Source of the DNA: a virus
Strand: one strand, 5' to 3'
Length of the DNA stretch: 64,000 nt
IMG/VR virus record: IMGVR_UViG_3300032282_002699
Coordinates: 26,323-90,322 of that record
Positions within the stretch are counted from its first letter, which is position 1. Every line of letters starts with the position of its first letter. A program made the translations under genes and the position numbers. Below are positions 39,496-49,046 of this stretch, piece after piece. A model generated the notes under the pieces. It was not told the DNA's origin, did no database searches, and saw nothing but the letters and a program-made list of their open reading frames with translations.

Positions 39496-40440
39496 CCAAA
39501 ACCCCGGTACTAAACCCCCTGCAACAATACAAATTTGAGGACTTTGTAAGATGCAAGGTGCAGAAGGAGTGGATCTGCGATAATTGCCTCAGGTGCGGGG
39601 ATTCTACATGCTGCTCCGGGGATCACACAATGTTTCGACTCCCCAGGGTTGACTTTTCCTTATGTTCTATCTGCCTTAAGGGCGTATCCTAACATCAACC
39701 TAACATCAAAATGGCACTTCAAGTAAGTTTTTCCGAGTTAAAAGCAATCTTCGCAGAGGCGAAAGAGATTTACCTCTCTTCCATCTCTTGGGACGCTAAG
39801 TTCGATCTAATCTTCTCCGACCGTATCCGTGGTAGGGTTGATGTTGATTGGTACGCCCATGACGCATCCTATGAGGAAGACGTCTCTGCGTTTATGAAGG
39901 CTTTTTATAGGTATATGGGGGAGGAGCATGAGTGAACCCACCCCAGTCCAGTTGCAGATCCTTAAGGAGATTCGGGAAGCCCTTGAGACATCCCATTCAG
40001 AGTCTCTCTTTGACGAGGATAGGATGAGGGAGCAAAGGGAGGTTGGGGGTAGAATGCTGTTCCAAGACCTTAAGGGTTGGGCTAGTAGTAGCCCGTCCAA
40101 CTTCCGTAGCATCGTCTGTGACGAGACTAACAACACGGAGGAAAATCTTAAGGAAGGGGTTGTAAACATCCACGTTTTCAATCACCCACCCCTGGAAAGA
40201 ATCACTGTTGACATCAAGAGGGGTAGGAAAGATGGTTGAAACCGACACGGTTTGGCCACTTCACGAAGGGAGCAAGGTGACCCTGTTCAGTGATGGCCAG
40301 GGACACAGTAACCTGGAATCAGAACCAGGGTACATCAAGGAGTTGTTTTCCTACTTTGGCCTAGGGCTTGCTATCGTGTACTTCCCCCGGTCAAACATGC
40401 AAGTGGAATGCCCCGTCAAAGAACTGAAACCCCTTGAAAA

Positions 40441-41061
40441 ATGAGCTTTGAACTAGACTATCTCCCTCCAAAATGCGGGAGGTACGAGTGGTATCACAAA
40501 ACTATGAACTATAGTTGTTGGAGCCTGGGGATCTCTGAAAAACTCCGGGAGTTAAGAGTTCCCGCAGTTAAGAGCATTTGGCCCATGAACATTACTTGCA
40601 AGGTTGACTTTTTAGACAGCAGGTACTGGTGGCTTGTTAGTGCTACTGACTGGGAGTTCGGGAGGTCAGAAACCAGTGGGTGGGCCGATACCGCAGAGGA
40701 GGCAATTTGCAAGGCTGAGGAGATAGGGGAAAGATACTGGGATCAATTGGTTAAGGATTGGATGAGGGAGGCATTGCAAAATGGGTGGAGGCCACCTTCA
40801 ACGCCCTCGATAGCCTACGGAAGTTCTCCAAAGGCTTTTTCTCTGAATACGCAGCATGAACCCGCCAGCCTGATGGATCAACAACTCAGTGTGGAGTGTT
40901 GGTGTCAAGAGTGCTGTAAAGAGCAAACAGGTTCGTACCACATGTTCCGCATGGTGTTGTGTCCCGAGTGTGGCAACAAGAGGTGTCCTAAAGCATCGAA
41001 CCACGAACTTGCCTGCACAGGGAGCAATGAGCCCGGTCAGGGGGGAAGTGTGTACAGTTGA
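40441..41061 (+). CDS. hypothetical protein with C-terminal Cys-rich module
   Basis: CWCQEC...MVLCPECGNKRCPKASNHELACTGSNEPGQ. Confidence 0.6.
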   Translation: MSFELDYLPPKCGRYEWYHKTMNYSCWSLGISEKLRELRVPAVKSIWPMNITCKVDFLDSRYWWLVSATDWEFGRSETSGWADTAEEAICKAEEIGERYWDQLVKDWMREALQNGWRPPSTPSIAYGSSPKAFSLNTQHEPASLMDQQLSVECWCQECCKEQTGSYHMFRMVLCPECGNKRCPKASNHELACTGSNEPGQGGSVYS

Positions 41062-41080
41062 GGGAATAGGGGCCACCCAC

Positions 41081-41242
41081 AAATCCGCTTGCTGACCCCC
41101 CTATAACCATGAACAAGGCTGGTATCAGGGGCAGTCCTCGACGGGACCTTGACTCAAAGAAGAGGCTTAGCCCCGTATCCGGATACTGGGGCAACCCACC
41201 GCATGACCCGAGCAGTGGTAAGCATTCTTAAGGAGCGGATTT
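41081..41242. ncRNA. candidate structured non-coding RNA
   Basis: Closing 9-bp stem AAATCCGCT/AGCGGATTT encloses 4-5 hairpins in an intergenic gap. Confidence 0.4.
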
Positions 41243-41287
41243 ATCTAATAGATCGGGTGTAAAACCCCGCCCTTTAGGGCGGCTTTT
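41241..41287 (+). mobile_element. Orphan IS200/IS605-family end
   Basis: TTAT-CTAATAGATCGGGTGTAAAACCCCGCCCTTTAGGGCGGCTTTT matches the typical cyanobacterial IS605 subterminal hairpin; no tnpA/tnpB adjacent. Confidence 0.6.
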
Positions 41288-41391
41288 GTGGGCAACAACA
41301 GGCTTGGGTAAAAGGAGGGCCATGAGCAAACGCTGAATCAGCAAGCGCTGACAGTTCTGGCCTGAGCCACACTGTGCCCCCAGGGGGGTGC

Positions 41392-41439
41392 TATAATATG
41401 TAGGTAAGCGGCTGAGGCCGCACCGCCTTGAGACCAATG
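41392..41439 (+). promoter_or_regulatory. Promoter-hairpin leader element copy 5
   Basis: TATAAT ATGTAGGTAA GCGGC-TGAG-GCCGC ACCGC ... ATG 41437. Confidence 0.85.
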
Positions 41440-41697
41440 ACCGCTCTGTATTCCCTGGCAGGTAGCAGCGTCACTGCCCAACTGGCAATCCGTGAGGATG
41501 GACAGGCGTTCAAGCGCCGCAAGATCCAGGATGCTCGGTACGGGTGGCGCTGGAGCCGGTGGGAGAAGACCGATGAGGAGCCGGTGTTCCACATGGGGGA
41601 CGGGGATCCCGCTTCCTATGACGATGGCAGCAACGGCCATGGTTGGATTCCGGCCAATACCGCCTATACTGGGAAGGTGCGGTTGCCCAAAGGGTGA
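41437..41697 (+). CDS. hypothetical protein
   Basis: Follows leader copy 5; YGWRWSRW...VRLPK. Confidence 0.6.
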   Translation: MTALYSLAGSSVTAQLAIREDGQAFKRRKIQDARYGWRWSRWEKTDEEPVFHMGDGDPASYDDGSNGHGWIPANTAYTGKVRLPKG

Positions 41698-42468
41698 CCC
41701 CCCCTTTTTTTTATAGCCCCCAGGGAAATGGAGTTCAACTCAATTAGCGATGTCAAGGACTTCTACCAGAAGGTTGGTAGACTGGCATCGAGCTGCTCGG
41801 TTTACTACATTAGTGTGAGTAAATCAAGGTCGGACAACAAAGTGTTCCAGACCTTTCACCTGAAGGAGAGGCCGATCAACAGTTCTGATCGAGTGGTACT
41901 GAGCGCATCCTCGCTTGAGGAGATTTACGGTAAGTTGGAGGCTATGTTAAAGGCCACGAAGGTTGCTATGGCAGCCGACCTTCTGGAGTCCTCCGATAAG
42001 TTTATGGAGACAGAGTATTTCCCCAAGTTTCCTCCCACCACTGAATCAGAACCCCTCACCGATAGGCAATGATTTCTTACTCTATTAAAGAGGATGAAAC
42101 GGGGGTTGCCATAGCGGTCAAACCTTTGCTTCTTGGTTCTAGCCTGGAGGGGGACAAACTTAAGTCCCGATCCTTGTCAGAGCTTACGGAGAAGCTTCAA
42201 CTTATTGATGTGACAATCGAAAGGTTGCAGCAGTACATGGTCATGGACGGGGGTGTCGATGAAGTTACTCTGCACTCAGGGGGTCTGAGTTGTCAAGCTC
42301 AGGCAGTTAAGGTAGGGGAGTTGGGTTACATAGCTGTTAGAGATTGGAATCAATCCTTAAACAGACCTGAGGAACTGTCTTTCGTCTTCCTATCCCCACA
42401 AGAAGCCCAGATACACACCCATCGTATGCTATCCTTAATCCAAGATCGCTCCAATACCATCAACTGAG

Positions 42469-43584
42469 ATGACACCCATTACCCGCAAAGAGATTGAGGA
42501 CGGGATGATCCTGTTCTGTAAGTCCGGCTCCCATGCCTATGGTCTCAACACTGAGACATCGGATCTGGACTACAAAGGGATCTGCATTGCTCCCCGCAGG
42601 TTCTACCTGTCAATGGAGGAGTTTGAGCAGAAGGATAAGGGCTGGGGGGAAGAAACGTCCCCGGACACGAGGTTTTCGGAGCTGGACGGGTCTGACTCCA
42701 CTGTCTACGACGTTCGCAGGTACCTGAGGTTGTTGCAATCCCAGAATCCAAACATTTTGGAAATGCTATGGCAAGAGCCTGAGGATTACATCTTCATCAC
42801 ACCACCTGCCCAAATCCTGGTGGACAATAGGTATAAGCTGATTTCTAGGAGGATTGCCGGAACGTTCATCCAGTATGCACGGGCTCAGATTAAGAAGATG
42901 CAGACGCACAGGAAATGGTTGCTTGACCCTCCCACAAAGCGCCCTGAGTGGGAAGATTACAATGTTCCGTCCGCCAACTTGACCAATACTCAAATCGAGG
43001 CATTCATCGAATACCTTTATCTCCTGGTGAAGGATCGGGTGGAGTATTATCAGGAGGCCAAGGATTTGTATGAGATCATCCATGACAGGGTGGATTGGAA
43101 AGGTGTGCTCAAACAGAGCTTGCTCCCGGAACAATGCGTGGAAATGACGCAGCAGATCACAAGGGCTAGCGATGAGTACATGGTTCTCCTTAGAGTTAGC
43201 CAGCGATACCGTTCTGACCTGAAACGTTGGAACAACTATCAAGATTGGCTAAAGAATCGCAACCCTAAAAGGTCGGAGATTGAGGGGCAATGTGGCTATG
43301 ATGGCAAGAATGCTAGCCATTGCGTAAGGCTCATGGTGATGGCCATTGAGGGGATGAAGACCGGGGAGATTGTGGTCAATCGGCGTAAGGCTGGCGATCG
43401 ACAGTTACTCTTGGACATCAAACAGGGGAAGCTTCCCTATACGGAAGTGGATGAAATGGTTAACGGCTTGTTTGGGGAGTCGGAGCGGGTTCTTAAGGAG
43501 GAGTGCATCTTGCCGGATAGGGTTGACTACTCCCTGGTAAGCTCCTTGTGCGGGGAGGTTATCTGTGCCTATGGCATAGGTTGA
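42469..43584 (+). CDS. Pol-beta-superfamily nucleotidyltransferase (Nuc-transf type)
   Basis: SGSHAYGLNTETSDLDYKG, NPNILEML, GYDGKNASHCVRL, LLDIKQG. Confidence 0.85.
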   Translation: MTPITRKEIEDGMILFCKSGSHAYGLNTETSDLDYKGICIAPRRFYLSMEEFEQKDKGWGEETSPDTRFSELDGSDSTVYDVRRYLRLLQSQNPNILEMLWQEPEDYIFITPPAQILVDNRYKLISRRIAGTFIQYARAQIKKMQTHRKWLLDPPTKRPEWEDYNVPSANLTNTQIEAFIEYLYLLVKDRVEYYQEAKDLYEIIHDRVDWKGVLKQSLLPEQCVEMTQQITRASDEYMVLLRVSQRYRSDLKRWNNYQDWLKNRNPKRSEIEGQCGYDGKNASHCVRLMVMAIEGMKTGEIVVNRRKAGDRQLLLDIKQGKLPYTEVDEMVNGLFGESERVLKEECILPDRVDYSLVSSLCGEVICAYGIG

Positions 43585-43668
43585 GCGGGGATAGGTGAAG
43601 GCAACCTAAACCCTCCTTAGGTTGCCTGATGGCAACACCCCTTGGCTCCAACAGCGGGGCCAGGGGGC

Positions 43669-43740
43669 TTGCGCTTGAGCCGGTGGTGGAGTATAATATA
43701 GGGGTAAGGCGGCAGGGGCCGCCACCGCATTACCGAAATG
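43669..43740 (+). promoter_or_regulatory. Promoter-hairpin leader element copy 6
   Basis: TTGCGC-N17-TATAAT ATAGGGGTAA GGCGGC-AGGG-GCCGCC ACCGC ... ATG. Confidence 0.85.
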
Positions 43741-44901
43741 GACCTTGTGAAGCTGTCTGTCGATACCCACGAAACCCACGTCCAGGCCTGGCTCAACCAA
43801 CAACTTGAGGAGCTGTTCTCCTTTGGCTCGGCTGATTACGTTCGGTTGTTCCGGTGGCAACGCCCTTCCCAGGGGCAGAAGGTTCGGGAACGATGGGCGG
43901 GCTGGTATGGCCGCAACGAAATTACCCTTAACCCTGACTTTTTCACGGGCATTGATAACCCTCGCAAGCAGGCTGAGGCTATCGAAAACGTCCTCCTGCA
44001 CGAACTGTGCCATCACGTTCAACGATGCACCTATGGTGATAACGTCCCCCCGCACGGTAAGGAGTTCCGCAAACTTGCTTTCTATGTGAATGGGAAGATG
44101 GGCCGTGATGCCGTTGACATCTACCATTCCCTGGCGAAAACACCAGAGGGGGAAGAGGCTGAGCGGGCACAACGCAAAGCGCTAGCTCTGTTGGCCCGTA
44201 CCACGTCGTCTAACGAACATGAGGCGGCACTGGCTGCGGCTAAGTATGCTCAGTTCACCGCAGAGAACAACATCGTTCTGGATGCTCACGCTCAAGTCCT
44301 GGCCAACGGCTTGCCCGAGGCTGTGAAAGAGCACATCTGGACTTCCAAAGTCAAGGCTACTTGGCTGTCCACGATTCTGTCCGCCGTGTCCTATACGCAA
44401 GGGTGCGTCTATACCTACATCCGTACCCAGGATTCCTGCACGAAGTTCCACTTCTATGGGCGCCCCCTCAAAATCTCCCAGTCTTATGACCTGATTGATT
44501 ACCTTACGGAGGCTGTGGATCGGGTTGTTAATAAGGCTAAGCAAGAGGCTAAAGGGGAGTCGCCAAAAGGCAAGTCCTATTGGATGGCGTTCCGTGAAGG
44601 GGTGGCTTCCAGAGTGGCAAAATCCCTATATGACGATCACGAACGTCGTATGAAGGACGGCCTGATTGCATCGAACGGGGTTAGCCACGTTCCCGGTCTT
44701 GTGTTGAAGAGTTCCTTCGATAAGGAGCGGGAGGCTGCTAAGGAGTTCCTTGCTGAGTTGCACCCCGATCTTAGCAAGGGAACCGCCAGCAAAGGCTCCA
44801 ATTCCGCTGCTGGACGCCATGCGGGCTACTCCGCAGGGGGTTCCATCTCTACGGCTCGCCAGGCTGTTGGGTCATCCCAGCGGGCTCTCCGGGGTCGCTG
44901 A
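43738..44901 (+). CDS. SprT-like zinc metalloprotease domain fused to DUF2786-type domain
   Basis: LLHELCHH...PHGKEF; then RKALALLA..SSNEHEA..AAAK, F..GVA, AG..AG. Confidence 0.75.
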   Translation: MDLVKLSVDTHETHVQAWLNQQLEELFSFGSADYVRLFRWQRPSQGQKVRERWAGWYGRNEITLNPDFFTGIDNPRKQAEAIENVLLHELCHHVQRCTYGDNVPPHGKEFRKLAFYVNGKMGRDAVDIYHSLAKTPEGEEAERAQRKALALLARTTSSNEHEAALAAAKYAQFTAENNIVLDAHAQVLANGLPEAVKEHIWTSKVKATWLSTILSAVSYTQGCVYTYIRTQDSCTKFHFYGRPLKISQSYDLIDYLTEAVDRVVNKAKQEAKGESPKGKSYWMAFREGVASRVAKSLYDDHERRMKDGLIASNGVSHVPGLVLKSSFDKEREAAKEFLAELHPDLSKGTASKGSNSAAGRHAGYSAGGSISTARQAVGSSQRALRGR

Positions 44902-44936
44902 TTGCACCGGGGTAACCCCCTTCCAGCGGAGGGGGG

Positions 44937-45008
44937 TTGACACCCTCCCAGGATGGTGTAGAATATAGGGGTAAGGGCGGTTGACCCGCCCACCGCTTTG
45001 GAACCATG
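44937..45008 (+). promoter_or_regulatory. Promoter-hairpin leader element copy 7
   Basis: TTGACA-N16-TAGAAT ATAGGGGTAA GGGCGG-TTGAC-CCGCCC ACCGC ... ATG. Confidence 0.85.
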
Positions 45009-45377
45009 CTTGCTACCACTCAGGAGAAGGGAGCCGTCACCACGACCCTGGAGCAGACGGTCGCACGGATGAAGGCCCTGGATGCTATGCAAATGGGGAT
45101 GGTTGCCGAGCAGCTCTTTGAGACGAGCTGGTTGCTGGATCGCCGCAAGCTCTACCGGGGCATGACCAAGGATCAGGCACGGGAGGTGTTCAAGGCTGAC
45201 CTTGCCAAGGGGCTGCAGGAGCGGGCTGCTGCCCGACCTGTGGTGACCATTGAGGCGGACAACGTCGCCGGGGCTCTGCGGTCGGCAATCGGCGCCCTCA
45301 AGGTTGCGGATGAGGGAATGCCGGAGCTGCTGGATCAGGCAATCAACCTGCGGATGGGGGCGGAGGGGCTGGCCTGA
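45006..45377 (+). CDS. hypothetical protein
   Basis: Follows leader copy 7; GC-rich codons. Confidence 0.65.
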   Translation: MLATTQEKGAVTTTLEQTVARMKALDAMQMGMVAEQLFETSWLLDRRKLYRGMTKDQAREVFKADLAKGLQERAAARPVVTIEADNVAGALRSAIGALKVADEGMPELLDQAINLRMGAEGLA

Positions 45378-45416
45378 GCCCCCCCATTTTTTTATGTAGT
45401 CCCCCCTTAAACAGCG

Positions 45417-45860
45417 ATGACGCAAGTATCGAAGGCAAACATCAAAAAGGCGAAGACCCGCTATTACAGTAGCGGTTCCCTGGGAAGAGACCTATACGTC
45501 TCTGAACTGTCGTCACTACCCTTGGAGGATCTAAAGGCTCTCCATGTAGAGGTGAAGGCCAACCTCTCATTCTACAAGTCTGAACTCAACACCTTGGCTC
45601 CAGAAGAGGTTGAAAAAGTAAAGTTCCAAAGATTTATCAACACCTTTTTCATTAAGGCGATCGAAGCTGAGGTGACTCAGCGGAGAGAACGAGATAAGAA
45701 AGCTGCCCAAATGGAGAGGGTTGAACGGGAGGTTTTTATGAGAATGCTTAAGGGGAGGTTCGGATCTGATGCCATAGATGAGATCGTGAGGCTTTCTAGG
45801 GAGGTTGCTAAGGCTCAGTTCCCTGCGGAGGGGTTGACACCCCCTCAGGAGGGTGTATAA
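45417..45860 (+). CDS. hypothetical protein
   Basis: ORF track. Confidence 0.6.
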   Translation: MTQVSKANIKKAKTRYYSSGSLGRDLYVSELSSLPLEDLKALHVEVKANLSFYKSELNTLAPEEVEKVKFQRFINTFFIKAIEAEVTQRRERDKKAAQMERVEREVFMRMLKGRFGSDAIDEIVRLSREVAKAQFPAEGLTPPQEGV

Positions 45861-45903
45861 TATAGGGGTAAGCGGCTGAGGCCGCACTGCCTTTAGTCAG
45901 ATG
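45834..45903 (+). promoter_or_regulatory. Promoter-hairpin leader element copy 8
   Basis: TTGACA-N16-TATAAT ATAGGGGTAA GCGGC-TGAG-GCCGC ACTGC ... ATG. Confidence 0.85.
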
Positions 45904-46164
45904 GACATCGCTACATTCGACAACGACCGCTTCGAGACCCTGCGCCAGATGTACACGGACGCCCTGGATCGTGGGGAGAACCTCCGCTCCGTGATGACCA
46001 GGGAGGAGATCGATGAGCTGCGTCAGGGGTTCCCTATCTACAATCAGAAGCTCAGGGCTCGGGTTGAGGCGGCTAGGGAGGCTGGCCGGAAGCGGATGGA
46101 GGAGATCAAGCGGCTCATGGCTGCTCAGGCTCAGCGGGAAGAGTGGTTGTCGATGCCTGTCTGA
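45901..46164 (+). CDS. hypothetical protein
   Basis: Follows leader copy 8; terminator at ~46190-46220. Confidence 0.65.
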   Translation: MDIATFDNDRFETLRQMYTDALDRGENLRSVMTREEIDELRQGFPIYNQKLRARVEAAREAGRKRMEEIKRLMAAQAQREEWLSMPV

Positions 46165-46242
46165 GGCTGTCCTGATGCGGCAAGGGGGAGTGCCCTGGCT
46201 TTGGCCGGGGCCTTTCTTTTGCGCAAGCCAAAGGCAAAGGGA

Positions 46243-46314
46243 TTGACAGCACCTGAGCAAAGGTGTATAATATGGGTGTAAGGCGGCAGGGCCGCCACTG
46301 CTTTAGAGACAATG
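46243..46314 (+). promoter_or_regulatory. Promoter-hairpin leader element copy 9
   Basis: TTGACA-N17-TATAAT ATGGGTGTAA GGCGGC-AGG-GCCGCC ACTGC ... ATG. Confidence 0.85.
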
Positions 46315-46488
46315 GCCACCGCTGAAATCAACTACCTGACCCAAGAGATTCGCAATCTTGCCGAGTTTCCCGGTATCAATGTTCAACGGGTTCAGGCTGA
46401 ACTGGATAAAGCCGGTGGCAACATCCCTAAGCTCACTGACCTCTATAACAAGCTGATGGAGGATTGCTATGGTGGCGACGTTTATTGA
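46312..46488 (+). CDS. small hypothetical protein (58 aa)
   Basis: Hand-translated MATAEINYLTQEIRNLAEFPG...CYGGDVY. Confidence 0.6.
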   Translation: MATAEINYLTQEIRNLAEFPGINVQRVQAELDKAGGNIPKLTDLYNKLMEDCYGGDVY

Positions 46489-46519
46489 TCCCCTTATCTA
46501 TTGAGAAGGAGGCAGGGGA

Positions 46520-46828
46520 ATGGGATGGCGAATCGTAAAGCAGCCTAATGGCCTTCTGGCAAGGTTCTCAGATGTTGTGGACCACTTCACCCACCTGGAC
46601 TTCAGGGAGGATGAGGCTGTAGAGCTTTGCATGGGGTATGGCTGCTCTATGCACGAGGCTCAAGCCAAAGTGGATGCCGGGGTTCGGGACTTTAAGCCCT
46701 GGACGACCACTCCCGGCAACGGACTAGAGAGGTGGGATCACTGCCTAGAGGCTGTGGGGAGGGTGCATGGGCAGGATGAGGTTTCCTCATTGCTGAGGGG
46801 GTTGACGCCCCAGGAAAAAGGTGTATAA
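46520..46828 (+). CDS. hypothetical protein
   Basis: SD GGAGG; IVKQPNGLLARFS.VVD. Confidence 0.6.
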   Translation: MGWRIVKQPNGLLARFSDVVDHFTHLDFREDEAVELCMGYGCSMHEAQAKVDAGVRDFKPWTTTPGNGLERWDHCLEAVGRVHGQDEVSSLLRGLTPQEKGV

Positions 46829-46835
46829 TGTGAGC

Positions 46836-46946
46836 ATGACACCTGAAAAGAGGCCGTTCATTGAGCCATTCAGCTTCATTACTGGTTTCCTAATGGCTCT
46901 GCTCACAGTCGCAATAGTTGTCCATCGCATTGCCCCCTTGCTTTAA
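46836..46946 (+). CDS. leaderless small membrane protein (36 aa)
   Basis: TTGACG-N16-TATAAT with the ATG 6 nt downstream; one TM helix. Confidence 0.45.
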   Translation: MTPEKRPFIEPFSFITGFLMALLTVAIVVHRIAPLL

Positions 46947-47250
46947 TGGAGGTTAAAGATGTTTTCTGAACCGCAAGCCAAAACAAAAACCAGGGCCGTT
47001 TATGAGGCAATGGATCCTCTAATGGATGGCCTTACGATCATGGATGGCCGTGGTGACTTGATGTACCCCGTTGTGCTATGGGTAAAGGCTCTGAACCATA
47101 ATGGGTGGAACCGATGCAGCCCGATCGTTGAACTGAAGGTTGCTCGTCGGTGGGCTAAAGCGTGGAGTAAAACCATGACCGTGGCGATTACGCCTGCCAG
47201 CCGAATCTCCAAGACCATCCAGTTGCCCCGCTACTAGGCCCCGTTGTAGG

Positions 47251-47321
47251 TTGACGTTTACCCAGGGAAGGCAGTATAATTAGGGGGTAAGCGGCTGAGC
47301 CGCACTGCCTTAAGACCGATG
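47251..47321 (+). promoter_or_regulatory. Promoter-hairpin leader element copy 10
   Basis: TTGACG-N18-TATAAT TAGGGGGTAA GCGGC-TGA-GCCGC ACTGC ... ATG. Confidence 0.85.
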
Positions 47322-47504
47322 ACGCCCGTAGAAGAAGCTTACCTGTCCCAGCACAATGAGGTTATGGGGTTGATGAAGGCCCTCCAGGATCGCATGGTTG
47401 ACATGCCAGCCCCTGACGGTGATACCCCGATCAACTGGGGCCACGTGGGTACCGTTGCGGAGGTTCGCAACAAGCTGGAGATGGTTCTGGAGTTTCTCGG
47501 GTAG
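47319..47504 (+). CDS. hypothetical protein (INWGHVG family)
   Basis: Follows leader copy 10. Confidence 0.65.
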   Translation: MTPVEEAYLSQHNEVMGLMKALQDRMVDMPAPDGDTPINWGHVGTVAEVRNKLEMVLEFLG

Positions 47505-47545
47505 ACACGGGGGTAAATACCCTAAAGTATTAAGAACAGGTGTAA

Positions 47546-48283
47546 ATGAAAGATTGTTGTATAGCACTGCCTGAGACAGGTATTTGTGACATTGACTGGA
47601 GCAAGGTGTTAAAGTCGATGAAACCTGGATCACACATTGTTGCACTTTGTCCCATTCTTGAGCACCACCGTATAACTCAAAGGGTTGAGGATGCTGGGTT
47701 TGAGATCAGGGACTCGGTGCTGTTCTTGGGGAAACCGAGGCTAATCGTGACATTGGCCAGGGTGCCTTTGGATGGGACGGTTGCGGAGAATGTGCTTAGG
47801 TACGGGGTAGGGGCGATAAATATAGATGGGTGCAGAGTGAGCTTCGACTCAAACGATGACCCAAGAATAGGCAAAAACTATCACCACAACGCAGCATCTG
47901 ATTACAATCCTGGGGTAAGAAAGAACAATAAAGATGGTAACCCACTGGAACTTTACAAGGGAAACGGGAGATGGCCCGCAAACCTAATCCACGACGGTGG
48001 CCCAGAAGTGCTGAGGAACTTCCCAGAGGCAGGGAATGGGTGGAAGAAGAACTATGGTCAGGATGACTATTTAGGCAAGCAGTATGGGGGAGGTTGTTTC
48101 GGCGGGGGTGGATACATCGGGAACTCCACCTATTGTGATCATGGATCTGCTGCACGGTTTTTCTACTCAGTCCAGGGGGATGATAAGGTCAAAGGGTTGA
48201 TCGACTACCTGGTCAAGATGATAAACCCCCCTGGTGGTGAGGTATTGTTCCTAGGTTCGGTGGGAGATTATGAACATCAGTAA
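47546..48283 (+). CDS. Catalytically inactive beta-class MTase paralogue 1
   Basis: KPGSH..HHR..EDAGFEIRD, GTVAENVL..GAINIDGCRV, GRWPAN, GSAARFFY; lacks DPPY and DPFxGSG. Confidence 0.75.
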   Translation: MKDCCIALPETGICDIDWSKVLKSMKPGSHIVALCPILEHHRITQRVEDAGFEIRDSVLFLGKPRLIVTLARVPLDGTVAENVLRYGVGAINIDGCRVSFDSNDDPRIGKNYHHNAASDYNPGVRKNNKDGNPLELYKGNGRWPANLIHDGGPEVLRNFPEAGNGWKKNYGQDDYLGKQYGGGCFGGGGYIGNSTYCDHGSAARFFYSVQGDDKVKGLIDYLVKMINPPGGEVLFLGSVGDYEHQ

Positions 48284-49046
48284 AGTAGACTCTTGTATCG
48301 CTTACTTTAATGGCTCCAATAGTTCAAATTGGAGCACGGTGGCAAGTAGGTTAAAGCCTGGTTCACACATTGCTGCCCTGTGCCCGGTATTGGAGCACCA
48401 CCGTATAACTCAAGGTATTGAGGATGTAGGGTTTGAGATTAGAGATTGTATCATGTTTTTGGGAAACCCTAAGCTAATGATAACTTTAGCCAGATTACCT
48501 TTAGAGGCGTCTGTGGCTCAGAACGTATTAAGATACGGAACGGGGGCAATAAGCATAGGTAGTTGCAGAGTACCTGTCGATGCTAAAGCCGATGCTAGTC
48601 AGTTGAGGACTATAAACAGGAATGTGAGGGATAAGGGGGACGGGTGGGGGTTATCCACCTTGGAAAATACCCGACCTCAGGTATTAAAGGAGGAGGGGAG
48701 GTGGCCAACTAATGTTATCATCCAAGACGATGAGGCCATAAGGGCAAAGTTTCCCTTTAGCAAGTCTTGCAACTCCCCCTCATCAGCAAAACCGGAAAGC
48801 AAGTATAGGCCGGGACAAGGTAACTATCAGCCACAGGGAAGGATTTATCCAGGGGATTCCGGATCAGCCGCCCGGTTCTTCCACACTGTAACCGAAGATA
48901 ACAGATTACTGGAACTAATGAGCTACATGTGCAAACTTTGCACCCCACCTCAGGGCAAAGCCCTGGTTGTCGGTTTGGGTAACGATGCTATAATAGGGTT
49001 GGAAAGCCTTGGGTTTAACGTCTTTCAATACAGTAGCAATGAGTAA
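48270..49046 (+). CDS. Catalytically inactive beta-class MTase paralogue 2
   Basis: Same blocks as paralogue 1 with different variable loops; no catalytic or SAM motifs. Confidence 0.75.
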   Translation: MNISKVDSCIAYFNGSNSSNWSTVASRLKPGSHIAALCPVLEHHRITQGIEDVGFEIRDCIMFLGNPKLMITLARLPLEASVAQNVLRYGTGAISIGSCRVPVDAKADASQLRTINRNVRDKGDGWGLSTLENTRPQVLKEEGRWPTNVIIQDDEAIRAKFPFSKSCNSPSSAKPESKYRPGQGNYQPQGRIYPGDSGSAARFFHTVTEDNRLLELMSYMCKLCTPPQGKALVVGLGNDAIIGLESLGFNVFQYSSNE

